DNA from: a virus
Lineage: Duplodnaviria; Caudoviricetes
Virus record (IMG/VR): IMGVR_UViG_3300032255_000016
Location: 1-30,577 of that record
Strand: one strand, 5' to 3'
DNA: 30,577 nucleotides
Part shown: piece after piece, positions 7,933 through 17,497 of the stretch
How the letters are laid out: each line of letters starts with the position of its first letter
Numbering within the stretch: position 1 is the stretch's first letter
Made by a program: the position numbers and the translations under genes
The notes under the pieces: model-generated
What the model saw: only the letters and a program-made list of their open reading frames with translations
The model's database searches: none
Told to the model about the DNA's origin: nothing

Positions 7933-9668
7933 TTTCCGGCAAGCAGTCCGGGGGCCGTTCGCGCAGATACTGCCGCTGAAAGCGTTGGGTTAGCTAGCAG
8001 TGACTGAACAGTCCTGGAGCGCATAGTGGCTTCCATGATTGATGGGGTGACTCCACCCAAGAGACCGCCAATAATTGCCCCAGGTATATCAGCAACAGCC
8101 GCGCCAGCCGCCGCGCCAGCCCCACCGGCCCCAAGCTGCCCAATATAAGGCAGCCTGCGAATACCGCCAGCCTCGACCGTCGGCATTGGTCTCAACATGC
8201 TACCGGCAGCGCGCGATGTTTCCATTAAATCTGTGCCGCGCCCAATGGCGTAGTTTTCGCGACCTTGGGTTCTGATAATTGCCTGATTGAGTTGGCCCGG
8301 TGACAGAATGCCGGATTCACTGCCTGCACGGGTTGAGGCATCACTAACGGCAAGATAATTGCGCCAATTCTCACGGGATTGCACAAGACTTTGCAGGTCA
8401 GATTCCCGCCCCGCTGCCGTCAGAGCCGCGTCGGTCGCATCGTCAATCAGGCCGCGCAATTCCCTAGCGGCGTTTCTCGTTGCCTCGTCTGAACTCTGCG
8501 TCATTCTCCCCAACGCGCTGCGCCACACGCGAAGGGTGCTCAGTTCAATGGGGGCAGCGCTTGGGTTAGTTGCTGCGTCAATGATCTCATTGGCGATGTT
8601 TCTGACGCGCGGCACGACCGTGGCGGATGGTGCCATTTCAAGATACCTAACCACTGCATCATCAGCAGACTGCGCCATCGCCGTTGTCGGCCTAAACGAA
8701 ACGCCGTCCAAGGCGTCGTCCATGGCCCGCCCAATCCTGCGACTTGCATCCATAAGCGTTGTGGGCGTTGCGCGGGCTGCCGTGCTGCCCGTTGACCGCA
8801 TAGCAGCGGCTGTCAGATCTTCAATTTGCGACGGGCGCGGGGAAACCGTGCCTTCCATGCGACGTATTGCGTTAGATCCTGTCGCTTGCCCAACTGTTGG
8901 CTGTATCCCGGCATCCTCTAGCAACCCGGCCATTCGACGCTGCTCTAAATTTGCACCCGCCGCGTTTCGCACTGTTGACCGACCGGCGATAGCAGGCCCG
9001 CCCAAAATGGACGTTCCAATAGCCGCTGCCGCGCGCGCATATGGCTCAATAGAAGTTCCTTCTGTTAGCTGCCCAGCCGATTCCGATGCAACTGCTGGAA
9101 CAACTCCATACGCCAGCAGGCCACGCATCCCAGCGCCGCCCGTGCCGCCCGGCAGAAACTCGCCAATCGTGCCTGCGTATTGGCCTGCCGTTGTGTCGCT
9201 CCTGTATTCCGTTGCGCCGCCAGTCGCATCGCTCAAATATCGGCGCATGGCCTCACCAGAAAAAGGTGACCCATTTTGCGCGCCATCAACATCTGGCAAC
9301 AACCCCATGCGCTCGAATGGAATGTCAATAACATCGCTCAATGTGCCTGGGATGCCCGCAATCTCGGCTGCACCGCGCGCGACCCCAGGGAAAAAGGATC
9401 GACCCATTTCCTGCACGGATTGCCCGAGGCGTTCGCCCGGCGTGTCAATATCACCTCTACCGACCACGTTTTGATAAATTGTCTCGCCAATGCTGCGAGG
9501 TTCGGTAACGGGCTGCTGGACTGGCCTTTGCGGCGGGACATCAACGCCGGCAGGAATAGTCTGCATAAGGCGATCACGACCGTCAGATGTATCACCAGAC
9601 TGCAATCTGAGACGGGCCTGCGCCAATGCAATCGCGCGCCGCTGTGCTAGATTTAGGTTCTCGCTCAT
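7929..9668 (-). CDS. Internal virion / DNA ejection protein (~579 aa)
   Basis: Start placed at ATG 9668 (ATGA overlap). Ala/Gly-rich helical protein with N-terminal QRRAIALAQARLR and Gly-rich hydrophobic segments. Last of four ejection-type genes. Confidence 0.7.
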   Translation of the reverse strand: MSENLNLAQRRAIALAQARLRLQSGDTSDGRDRLMQTIPAGVDVPPQRPVQQPVTEPRSIGETIYQNVVGRGDIDTPGERLGQSVQEMGRSFFPGVARGAAEIAGIPGTLSDVIDIPFERMGLLPDVDGAQNGSPFSGEAMRRYLSDATGGATEYRSDTTAGQYAGTIGEFLPGGTGGAGMRGLLAYGVVPAVASESAGQLTEGTSIEPYARAAAAIGTSILGGPAIAGRSTVRNAAGANLEQRRMAGLLEDAGIQPTVGQATGSNAIRRMEGTVSPRPSQIEDLTAAAMRSTGSTAARATPTTLMDASRRIGRAMDDALDGVSFRPTTAMAQSADDAVVRYLEMAPSATVVPRVRNIANEIIDAATNPSAAPIELSTLRVWRSALGRMTQSSDEATRNAARELRGLIDDATDAALTAAGRESDLQSLVQSRENWRNYLAVSDASTRAGSESGILSPGQLNQAIIRTQGRENYAIGRGTDLMETSRAAGSMLRPMPTVEAGGIRRLPYIGQLGAGGAGAAAGAAVADIPGAIIGGLLGGVTPSIMEATMRSRTVQSLLANPTLSAAVSARTAPGLLAGN

Positions 9669-11512
9669 CTGAACAATTCCCGATCTTCTGGCGATAAAAC
9701 GTCCCAAACAGCGGGGTCAACTGATTCCGGCCTTTCGACAGGGCTTTGCAATTGACCGGACGCCTGGCCGCCTTGCGCATATCCCATTTCCGCAGCAAAC
9801 GCAGGATCAACTCTGTCCATAATGTCAACATACAAACCTTCCAAGCGTTGGAAGTTGCGCAGAAACTGCTCTTGGGATTGGCCCTGATCAAGGCTACCCA
9901 AAACGCTTTCAAGGCGCGCTAGTTCCTGAACCGTTACGTTGCCAAGAGCGCCGCCGGTCGGGCTTTCAGCCCGCATGCGCTGCAACCTATCAAAGCCGAT
10001 ATTCGCTCTAATCGTCGTTGCCAATTGAGACACATCATAAGAATTTGTTCCCGGTATAAAGCTCATCAGGCCACCAATCGCACCTGTAATCGGAATTGTG
10101 GACTCGTTAACAATTTCCTGAATTCGGTCGATGTCCTCCAAAACCACACCCGCCGTCATTGCCGTAGTCGCGTCAGCAGCGCCCGCCTGCTCCGCAGCGG
10201 CAACGGCATCGGTATCCGCGCCAGAACCTGCAATCGGGATTTGTCGCGGCCGCGACGCAACGCCGCCGTTGGGCAACGTGTAGCCCTCCATGATTACGTT
10301 CCCTTGTGCATCCCGAGCGTAAACAAAACCGGTCGCCGGATTTGGTAGCTGTGTGCCGTCTGGACCCACTTGATTGTTTATGACAGTGCCGCCACCGCCA
10401 AAGGCCATCCCTTGAGCATCAGCGGGGGAAACTCCATTCGCAATCAAGTATTCGTAGTTTTCGATACCGCTTGTCTGGTCGGGCTGCGCCATAGCCTGCG
10501 ATAGAGCATCTGCCGGGGTTATCAGCCCCCGGTCAACCATGTCTGCAAAGCTTTCAAACCCGTTCCCGCGTAGCCAAGCCGATGTTTCCGGTGCCGATGG
10601 GCCGGACGGTTCCGGCGTCATCGCAATACCGCCTGCCGCGCCGCCCGTAAGGCCGCCCGCCATAACAGCATCAGCCAAATCACCACGCCCGACTGACCGC
10701 AGCCATTCCGCAGTTTGGTTCAGGCGCGCATCCTCGCGGCGTCCCTCCATTCGATCCTGAATCATTCCCTGCATTCCGATGTTCGGATTCAAGGTCATTC
10801 CGTTTAGGCCAATTGCCAGACTATCCCACGCGGACCCGTTGCGAAAGTTCTCACGTAAGCGCTGGCCGAAGGGCAGGCGTTCTTGACCTTGCGTTTGTCC
10901 CGGCATTGTTGATGCCTCCTGTCCGCTGCGCGTGATTGTTTGGGCGTTGCCTGTTGGGCGCGCCACTTGCGCGCTGCGTGACGTGCCGCCAGGAACGCCC
11001 ACGTTGCCATTCATCGCCGCTACTAATTCGTTGCCGATTGACGACGCGCCGGATGCCCAGAAATTACCCTGCCCCTGTCCCGGTTCAACCTGATCTATGT
11101 GGAACGCATTGCCCATATACTCAGGGCCAAAACCTATTCCCGTCGCGCCAAGGCGCGCTGCTTCAAGCGCATATCTGCGCCCATCTTCGCTATCTGTCGT
11201 GACAACAGACCCGTCAGGTCGATACACAGTATGGTCAGCCGCCGTGCCTGTTTCGTGCCGGTTTGAACCAACCCGAGGCAATGTCGGGCCGCTGCCAGTG
11301 TAATCGACCGTTGAACCTGACCCGATAGAAATGCGCGATCCCGGACCAAATATGTTGGATGCTGCCTCGCCTAGTAAATCAAGAATAGGCTCAGCGGGCC
11401 GATATGGCCTGCCCGGACCCATGTTGTAATCATACTGAATACCGGGATACTCAACCTGTTGCAGCCCCGGAATGCCCCCAACTCGCATTTGGGGGGAGAG
11501 AAGACCAACCAT
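9665..11512 (-). CDS. Internal virion / ejection protein with N-terminal peptidase M15-like (Zn) peptidoglycan hydrolase domain (615 aa)
   Basis: SNRHETGTAAD (HxxGxAxD) and downstream GIGFG...FHID motifs. C-terminal TIRANIGFDRLQRMRAESPTGGALGNVTVQEL resembles podoviral ejection proteins. Confidence 0.75.
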   Translation of the reverse strand: MVGLLSPQMRVGGIPGLQQVEYPGIQYDYNMGPGRPYRPAEPILDLLGEAASNIFGPGSRISIGSGSTVDYTGSGPTLPRVGSNRHETGTAADHTVYRPDGSVVTTDSEDGRRYALEAARLGATGIGFGPEYMGNAFHIDQVEPGQGQGNFWASGASSIGNELVAAMNGNVGVPGGTSRSAQVARPTGNAQTITRSGQEASTMPGQTQGQERLPFGQRLRENFRNGSAWDSLAIGLNGMTLNPNIGMQGMIQDRMEGRREDARLNQTAEWLRSVGRGDLADAVMAGGLTGGAAGGIAMTPEPSGPSAPETSAWLRGNGFESFADMVDRGLITPADALSQAMAQPDQTSGIENYEYLIANGVSPADAQGMAFGGGGTVINNQVGPDGTQLPNPATGFVYARDAQGNVIMEGYTLPNGGVASRPRQIPIAGSGADTDAVAAAEQAGAADATTAMTAGVVLEDIDRIQEIVNESTIPITGAIGGLMSFIPGTNSYDVSQLATTIRANIGFDRLQRMRAESPTGGALGNVTVQELARLESVLGSLDQGQSQEQFLRNFQRLEGLYVDIMDRVDPAFAAEMGYAQGGQASGQLQSPVERPESVDPAVWDVLSPEDRELFR

Positions 11513-12204
11513 TAGAAGCCTCCTAACAGCCCCGCACCAAGGCTAAGATAATTCAACAGGCCCGGCGATTGCGTTGTCGTGCTGGTTGACCCGCCGCCGT
11601 TCGGAATAGCCCCGAGGGCAGCCAAGGGCAGGTTCAGCGCATTCTGTGGAGCGCCCGTGAAACCAGCGTATTGCCCACGGCCCGCATCAATAAGCTGCTG
11701 TTGCAGGGCTTGCTGCATGAGGCCCTGAGACAGTTGATCGTTGTTTAGCTGCCTGCCCATGCCAAACGCCTGACCTGCCTGCCCTGCAAGCTGTCCTGCT
11801 GCCTGCATACGCTGCTGGTTCGCGCCCATGCGTGAGTTGATATCGAACATCGCGCCCTGTTGCGCATTGTTAAATCCCGCCTGCCTTTGTTGCCCTGCGA
11901 ATTGCGCTGCCTGCCGTCCGAACCCCTCATTCGTCAAGGCCTCCGCTACGCCAAGACGTGACCCGCCAAACGCGCCAGCAGACGTTGCTGCCGCGCCGGT
12001 GTCGTTGATCGCCATTTGCCGAGAGCGGTTGATATCGTTCAAGCCCGTGTTTATCACCTGATCGGTATAGGGATTTTGATATGCCTGTATATCAGCCCCT
12101 TGCAGTGAACCCGGGTTAAACCCTAGCCCACCTGCCGTTGCTGCGCCTGCTGCCCCAAGGCCTTGCGCGCTTGCGTCAAAGACGTTTTGTCCACCACCAG
12201 CCAT
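11512..12204 (-). CDS. Ejection/pilot protein (230 aa)
   Basis: Gln/Gly/Ala-rich with YQNPYTDQVI and AGAFGGSR motifs and a hydrophobic Gly-rich C-terminus. Confidence 0.7.
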   Translation of the reverse strand: MAGGGQNVFDASAQGLGAAGAATAGGLGFNPGSLQGADIQAYQNPYTDQVINTGLNDINRSRQMAINDTGAAATSAGAFGGSRLGVAEALTNEGFGRQAAQFAGQQRQAGFNNAQQGAMFDINSRMGANQQRMQAAGQLAGQAGQAFGMGRQLNNDQLSQGLMQQALQQQLIDAGRGQYAGFTGAPQNALNLPLAALGAIPNGGGSTSTTTQSPGLLNYLSLGAGLLGGF

Positions 12205-12897
12205 TTATTTGCCCCCTCCGCCATTACCGCCACCATCACGGGCATTGCCGCCGCCAAACGCGCGGCCAACACCACCCAAGCGACCGTCGCCATCAATCAA
12301 ACCGAGATCAAATTGCGTATCATCGAAAAACCCGCCATCGCCAAAAACACCGCCGTCGCGGAACGGGCCGCCAACGCCGCGCAACCCGCCGCCAAAGCCG
12401 CCTTGCCCCGGCGGTTCATTATGGCCCTGATAGCCGCCCTCGTAATCGCTTGGGTTACCATAGCGCCTACCTGATCCCGGTGCGCCAACTGCGCCTGAAT
12501 TACTCCCAAGCCCACTATTGCCAGTCACCGGATCAATGAACATGCCCGTGATGGCGTCATATTGGCCGGGACGCCGGATCTGCAATTCATTCATCGCCGC
12601 TTCAAGAATAGGCGCGCTGGAATAACCTTGAACGCCCGGCGCAAATTCCTGCGGCGGTGGCATATTAGGCGTTGCACCCTGCAGCCCGAATGCCTGATTG
12701 GCGTTCGCTGTATTCTGAAACGCTGCGTTCTGGCCGGGCTGAAATGCCGCTACGTCAGGCCCGTAATATGGCGCGTATCCGATCCGCGATATTTCATCGG
12801 CCCGCGCAAGATTACCCTGCGCCGCCTGCTGAACCCATGCCGGGATGGTCACGCTTGTCGATTGGCTTCCGCCTTTGTCTCTACCGCCGCCGCTCAT
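12205..12897 (-). CDS. Internal virion protein (230 aa)
   Basis: MSGGG...STSVTIPAWVQQAAQGNL, YAPYYGPDVAAF motif, Gly-rich low-complexity C-terminus. ATGA-coupled to the upstream gene. Confidence 0.65.
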   Translation of the reverse strand: MSGGGRDKGGSQSTSVTIPAWVQQAAQGNLARADEISRIGYAPYYGPDVAAFQPGQNAAFQNTANANQAFGLQGATPNMPPPQEFAPGVQGYSSAPILEAAMNELQIRRPGQYDAITGMFIDPVTGNSGLGSNSGAVGAPGSGRRYGNPSDYEGGYQGHNEPPGQGGFGGGLRGVGGPFRDGGVFGDGGFFDDTQFDLGLIDGDGRLGGVGRAFGGGNARDGGGNGGGGK

Positions 12898-13250
12898 AGC
12901 TGCAACTCCATTGATGTGTGTCTGACGGTCCAGTGCGGCAACGCGCGCGCCCAGCCCTTACGTCCAGATATTGTCATAGATCGGCATCCGTTTAGCCGCG
13001 CGAACTCCGCTGCCGGTGCCTCTAAATCCTTAATGACCTGCATGTCGCCGCCTGCTAAAAACACGTTTAACACCCGCTTTCTAGGGAACTGCACAAACTC
13101 GCTAACAGCGCATCCGTTTTCCCGCTCCCAAAGCCGAAACCGCCCCTCAAGGACGCCCTGTGCGATATCGTCAAAAGTGTGCGTTCCACCGCTGTATTCA
13201 AGCGCGGCCTCTATCCAGTCACGACAGCGGGCAAGTTGGTCGAACATCAT
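12894..13250 (-). CDS. Acetyltransferase (GNAT)-like virion-module protein (118 aa)
   Basis: WIEAALEYSGGTH, LNVFLAGG, FARLNGC..MTISGRKGWAR motifs. Sits between nozzle/needle and ejection genes, where podoviruses often carry a GNAT-fold gene. Confidence 0.65.
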   Translation of the reverse strand: MMFDQLARCRDWIEAALEYSGGTHTFDDIAQGVLEGRFRLWERENGCAVSEFVQFPRKRVLNVFLAGGDMQVIKDLEAPAAEFARLNGCRSMTISGRKGWARALPHWTVRHTSMELQL

Positions 13251-14293
13251 TGGATAGCCGCCAGAAAGCCGCTGATTTCAGCATGCAAGTCCGCAGTGTT
13301 TGCGTTTGTTTTCGCCCGCACCCGCACGTCATGGTTCTTAGGGACAATCAAATAAGGCAGTGGGCGGGCCGAATCCGGTGACGTTGTGTCAAGCACCACA
13401 ACAATATCATTCCCGACCGGCACCCAAACGCCGCCGTTGAATACATCCCGCTTTTCAAGTCGGACAAGCACGTATGCCGCAGAACCGCCTCCGTCCCCGA
13501 CATGCGCCTCAATGTCTGTGACGATCAAGTAATCGGTCGAAGAAATAGACGTTGCACATTTTTGGCTTTGCGTATCGCCCGCAATTATCACGCACTTAGT
13601 CGCCGCTGCCGTGTTCGGAACGCCGGACGTTATGCCTGCCGTATTATCGTATGCCGCGATAACGCCCACCGCTACCGCCTGCGGGCTGTCAAACGTGCCG
13701 CTGGCCGCGATAAACATGCGGTTAGCGCGGGCCAGAGGCGTTGTTAGCGTTACCTCTGTTTGTCCGGTTAGCGTGGCGTCCTGAGAAACGAACGTCAGGT
13801 TGCCACTGCCATCAATCGTGTGCCCCTCGATGGTGATTGTCTGCGTATCGCTGCCGCTGCTGGAAACCACGCTGTCAATGATGTTGGTTGACACATACGT
13901 TTCGTTCGCCGTGGTGCCTTGGAATTGCGCAACCGTCTCGAATGACGTTCCAACAGTCTCGTTTGACCCAAATTTGTGCAGGCTTTTCTTTTTTGCCGTG
14001 ACAGACACAGTATCGCCATACGTGTCCAGAATCTCGGCCTCGGCCATCTGCACGTTGAAGTCATTGGGCACCAGTGCGCCTCCTATGATAGCGACCTGCA
14101 AAGCCCCGGACGTGTCAACGTAAACCTCATACCGAATGCCGTTATCATCCGTCAGGATAAGCCGCTCGTCGTTGCCACCTACCTCGATATCTTGCCCGCG
14201 CTTGTGGTTCTGTCTGTCGCTAAGTTCAATCGACCTGTTGCGTTCTAATTCCCGCGTTGGATTATAAGCCGATGATGGGTTTTGCAGCCTCAC
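13247..14293 (-). CDS. Tail needle/spike-like protein with C-terminal beta-rich extension (348 aa)
   Basis: GTG start overlaps the nozzle stop. Short N-terminal module (ERNRSIELSDRQNHKRGQDIEV...RLILTD..GIRYEVYVD) followed by a Thr/Ser/Val-rich domain. Confidence 0.55.
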   Translation of the reverse strand: MRLQNPSSAYNPTRELERNRSIELSDRQNHKRGQDIEVGGNDERLILTDDNGIRYEVYVDTSGALQVAIIGGALVPNDFNVQMAEAEILDTYGDTVSVTAKKKSLHKFGSNETVGTSFETVAQFQGTTANETYVSTNIIDSVVSSSGSDTQTITIEGHTIDGSGNLTFVSQDATLTGQTEVTLTTPLARANRMFIAASGTFDSPQAVAVGVIAAYDNTAGITSGVPNTAAATKCVIIAGDTQSQKCATSISSTDYLIVTDIEAHVGDGGGSAAYVLVRLEKRDVFNGGVWVPVGNDIVVVLDTTSPDSARPLPYLIVPKNHDVRVRAKTNANTADLHAEISGFLAAIQ

Positions 14294-15765
14294 CTGCGGC
14301 CACCCGCAACCGCATCAAGACGGGGAGTGCCCCACCGCCAGGATGTGCTTGATGCGCCAGTCACGCGCGCCCGTATTTGCCGCCCCGTGAATCTCACGTC
14401 TGACGGGTTGGCCATCGTATACGGCCCGTAGCTCCGCTCGACATCATTCGGATGGAACCGCGTTTTGAACGTCACCGTGCAATCGCCCTGCGTTTTTTCG
14501 TCAGGGATTAGCGATGTTGCCACCATAACGGTGTCCCCCGCACCAAAGCTGATTGGCCCGCTTTCCGCATAAACATCGGCACCGCCATAGAGGTTGCCGA
14601 TTTCGTGGTCATAAATGCCGCCGGACGGCGAAACCCAAATAGGCGCGGCGAAAACACCCCGATCAACGCCTGCGCTGCGGTCAATGGTGCCTGTCATCCA
14701 GATGCCCGTGCGATAATTATAGGCAACGTAGCTGTCGCACTCCGTTGCCGCCGTAGACGGATAGAACCACCACGCCTCGCCATATTGAGCGTTATTAACA
14801 GCGTAAACCTTGGCCGCCTGCGTTGTGTTCAGGTTCGGGAAAACATAATCAGCAACTTCGCACTGGATTTCTTCAACCACGCCGCCAAAAAACCGATAGA
14901 ATGACCGCCGCCCCATCCAATAGGCACCGCCCTCAACAGCAATCCCGGCCTTCGGGCCAACAATGCCGCAACTCTCGCCAACCCGCTCAAATCCATATAC
15001 AAACGGTGGGCCTACATATGTCATCGTATGGGCATCGAGCGTAGACAATAGCAATGCTTGACCACGGCACCGAATGCCCTTCTTTAGCGTCCCGGCGCTT
15101 TTCAATTCAAAATCACCGGCCTCGTTTGTCGCCGCCGCCGTCCAGACCGTGTTTGCTTCGCGGTCTGACCATTGCACCTTGCGCGGATCGCCGCCTGCGC
15201 CAAGAGCCACCAGAAAACGCTCGTCAGTTACGAACGCGCCACTATTTCCGGTCGGCGCGTTCGTAACCGCCGTTGGCAAAACACCTGTGTCTAGCTGCCA
15301 TTCGTAAATCTTGCCGTCGTCAGCGGTCGCCGCGATTAGATATTCGCCCCAGGTATCAAGTGACCATGTTGTCGGGTCCGCAAGGGAGCCGCTATCCGTG
15401 CGTGCCGTTCCATATGCGTCGGCACCATAAAATCCACCGCCGTAGCCCAGATTTGTCGTGGCGCTTTCAGAGCCAGCAGTAAACCCGGCTGGCGTAATGT
15501 CCGACAATGTGCCAGATGCCGACAGCGAATATAGCTTCTCATACGTGCCCATTGCCACGCGCCTGTCAGCACTGTTATCCGACCATGCCAAAGCGCCGCG
15601 ACAAGCTGCCGCCAGCGTTCCGGCAACACGGGTTGACCATCCACCAACCGGCTGCATAGTTCCGTCAGCCCATCGCACCAGTGACGCATCACGCCACCGG
15701 CCTGCCGACATGGTGTCTGTCCCGCCGCGAACAACGCCGGGCGGGATGTCTAGCGGGATAAGCAT
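14290..15765 (-). CDS. Tail nozzle / packaged-DNA stabilization protein (P22 gp10/T7 gp12-like beta-propeller, ~491 aa)
   Basis: Start at ATG 15765 (TAATG overlap). WSLDTWGEYL, VQWSDRE, YVGPPFVYGF, EAWWFYPS..CDSYVAYNY, RFTGRQIRARV motifs. Confidence 0.75.
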   Translation of the reverse strand: MLIPLDIPPGVVRGGTDTMSAGRWRDASLVRWADGTMQPVGGWSTRVAGTLAAACRGALAWSDNSADRRVAMGTYEKLYSLSASGTLSDITPAGFTAGSESATTNLGYGGGFYGADAYGTARTDSGSLADPTTWSLDTWGEYLIAATADDGKIYEWQLDTGVLPTAVTNAPTGNSGAFVTDERFLVALGAGGDPRKVQWSDREANTVWTAAATNEAGDFELKSAGTLKKGIRCRGQALLLSTLDAHTMTYVGPPFVYGFERVGESCGIVGPKAGIAVEGGAYWMGRRSFYRFFGGVVEEIQCEVADYVFPNLNTTQAAKVYAVNNAQYGEAWWFYPSTAATECDSYVAYNYRTGIWMTGTIDRSAGVDRGVFAAPIWVSPSGGIYDHEIGNLYGGADVYAESGPISFGAGDTVMVATSLIPDEKTQGDCTVTFKTRFHPNDVERSYGPYTMANPSDVRFTGRQIRARVTGASSTSWRWGTPRLDAVAGGRR

Positions 15766-16616
15766 TAGGCTATAACCCTGGCCTTGGCTGTCCATTTGGC
15801 CGGGTCAAAATCTGCCGTATACGTCCCAGACGACGAGTATGCGTTGAAACCCGCGCTACCGATGCGCAGATAAATGTTGGTCGCGTCTGCATAAGTGGAC
15901 CCGCCGTTATATCCAGCAGACGAATGCGAATATCCAACAGGAACAACGTCACCTACTGAAAATCCAGCATCGGCCGCAATGCACTCCATCCAAGCAAACC
16001 AAACTGTTGGGGCGCTACCGTAACCGTGAGCCTTGCTTGATTCAGCGCCGTTAGCCCATGAGGTAAACGAAACAACCGAACTTGGCTGCGATATCGCGTC
16101 AATCTGGGTCTGGATGTTTGACGTAACACCGTCGGAATAATTCAACTCAGCAGCCGTGGCTGTAACGCCATCCAAGATGTTCAATTCTGCCGCCGTGGCG
16201 GTCACACCGTCTAGGATATTTAGTTCGGCAGCTGTGGCTGTCACGCCATCCAGAATATTCAGTTCAGCCGCAGTTGATGTTACTCCGTCAAGGATGTTCA
16301 ATTCTGCCGCCGTCGAAGTTACCCCGTCGAGAATGTTCAACTCTGCTGCGGTAGATGTAACACCGTCCAAAATATTCAGTTCAGCAACGGATGCCGTGAT
16401 CCCATCCAAAACGTTCAGCTCAGCAGCAGTGCTAGTAACAGATACCCCGCCGACCTGCCAAGAACCCGCCGTGAGATTAGGCGCAATGGCCGTAGTTCCG
16501 TCAACAGCGTCATCAATCAGATCAAAGTTCGTGTTGAGTTTCGGCCCCCAGGTGTTTTCTGACGCACCGGGTTCTGGTTTAGTCAGGCCTAAAGTCGTTG
16601 TGGTCGTGTCAGCCAT
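15765..16616 (-). CDS. Tail fibre protein with N-terminal anchor and 13-aa repeats (283 aa)
   Basis: MADTTTTTLGLTKPEPGASENTWGPKLNTNFDLID anchor-type N-terminus, eight TxTAAELNILDGV repeats, small C-terminal beta domain. Confidence 0.75.
   Translation of the reverse strand: MADTTTTTLGLTKPEPGASENTWGPKLNTNFDLIDDAVDGTTAIAPNLTAGSWQVGGVSVTSTAAELNVLDGITASVAELNILDGVTSTAAELNILDGVTSTAAELNILDGVTSTAAELNILDGVTATAAELNILDGVTATAAELNILDGVTATAAELNYSDGVTSNIQTQIDAISQPSSVVSFTSWANGAESSKAHGYGSAPTVWFAWMECIAADAGFSVGDVVPVGYSHSSAGYNGGSTYADATNIYLRIGSAGFNAYSSSGTYTADFDPAKWTAKARVIA
16125..16436 (-). repeat. 8 x 39-nt (13-aa) coding repeat T(S/A)TAAELNILDGV
   Basis: ELN codons recur every 39 nt from about 16141 to 16414. 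Protein nearly invariant, DNA heavily synonymously diverged. Confidence 0.95.
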
Positions 16617-16625
16617 TTGCCGCCC

Positions 16626-16877
16626 TCAATTCTCTGTCCATGTGGTCGCGTCATATGTCTGTGGCGTCCATCCCGTGCCGACATCACCATTCGCCGAGAA
16701 CGCGCCGAATGTAGCCCACATGTCATCCGCGCCGCCCGCATCCATTGTGACAGTCGCGTTGCCCGTCGCTGCGCCCTGTCCATTCATGATGATGTCATCT
16801 TGTGTCGGCTCAATGACAATTGTCGCGTTGCCGCCCGTTAGGCCCTGCTCAATCTGAGCCGGGAAATACGTGGTCAT
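16626..16877 (-). CDS. Small virion-module protein (83 aa)
   Basis: ATG overlaps the end of the adaptor gene. Two GNAT(I/V) repeats and a C-terminal WTPQTYDATTWT. Confidence 0.55.
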   Translation of the reverse strand: MTTYFPAQIEQGLTGGNATIVIEPTQDDIIMNGQGAATGNATVTMDAGGADDMWATFGAFSANGDVGTGWTPQTYDATTWTEN

Positions 16878-17497
16878 TTAACGCCCCTGATGTGCATTTT
16901 CAGTCCCGCACCACCGCTACGTGCCCGGCGATCACTTTCCCCAACGCCGTCAAGCGCCGTCTGATAAAGCGCTGCCCATGTTCTAAGGCGGTCATCAGCC
17001 TGCAAATACGGTGCCGCTTGGATCAATGCCCCGAACAGGTAAACATTCGGATGATTGGTCAGCACCCAATTCGTCGTGTTGGCATCGGACAGCGCTGTCA
17101 CGCTGGCGAGGTAAACAAGCTCAGTCGTATAGGTGCCGTCTGGCGTTGGATAGACCTCGATCTTGCCATCCGTAAACGTCCAGTATTGCGGCGTTCCCGT
17201 CGAATCTTTTGTGTTCTCGCGCATCTGCGCCATGTCAGCCGACGATACGAACTCAACTCGATGCTGGTTGTTTGTATCCAGCCCGAACCGGATTGGCTCG
17301 ATAAAGTCGCTCGGAATATCCATGAATTGCGCAGACGTGGTTGCGTTAGACCGCTTTTCCATGCGCCAATGCTTGACCTTCGGGCCGAAATCCGCCTCTG
17401 CCAACGTAATAAAATCAGCGATAACTGCGGTTAGGTCTTCCCGGTTTAGCCAATCCGCAATTGCTGTCTTGAGGTTGGCATAGGTATCAAGTGCCAT
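16874..17497 (-). CDS. Head-tail adaptor protein (207 aa)
   Basis: MALDTYANLKTAIADWLNREDLT...FITLAEA, IEVYPTPD, NWVLTNHPNVYLFGAL..AAPYL motifs. GGAGGT SD. Confidence 0.85.
   Translation of the reverse strand: MALDTYANLKTAIADWLNREDLTAVIADFITLAEADFGPKVKHWRMEKRSNATTSAQFMDIPSDFIEPIRFGLDTNNQHRVEFVSSADMAQMRENTKDSTGTPQYWTFTDGKIEVYPTPDGTYTTELVYLASVTALSDANTTNWVLTNHPNVYLFGALIQAAPYLQADDRLRTWAALYQTALDGVGESDRRARSGGAGLKMHIRGVK

Noticed and set aside
8359-9474. 371-aa + strand ORF, and similar long antisense ORFs such as 3483..4436
   Set aside because: Shadow ORFs opposite well-supported GC-rich virion genes; no motifs or RBS.
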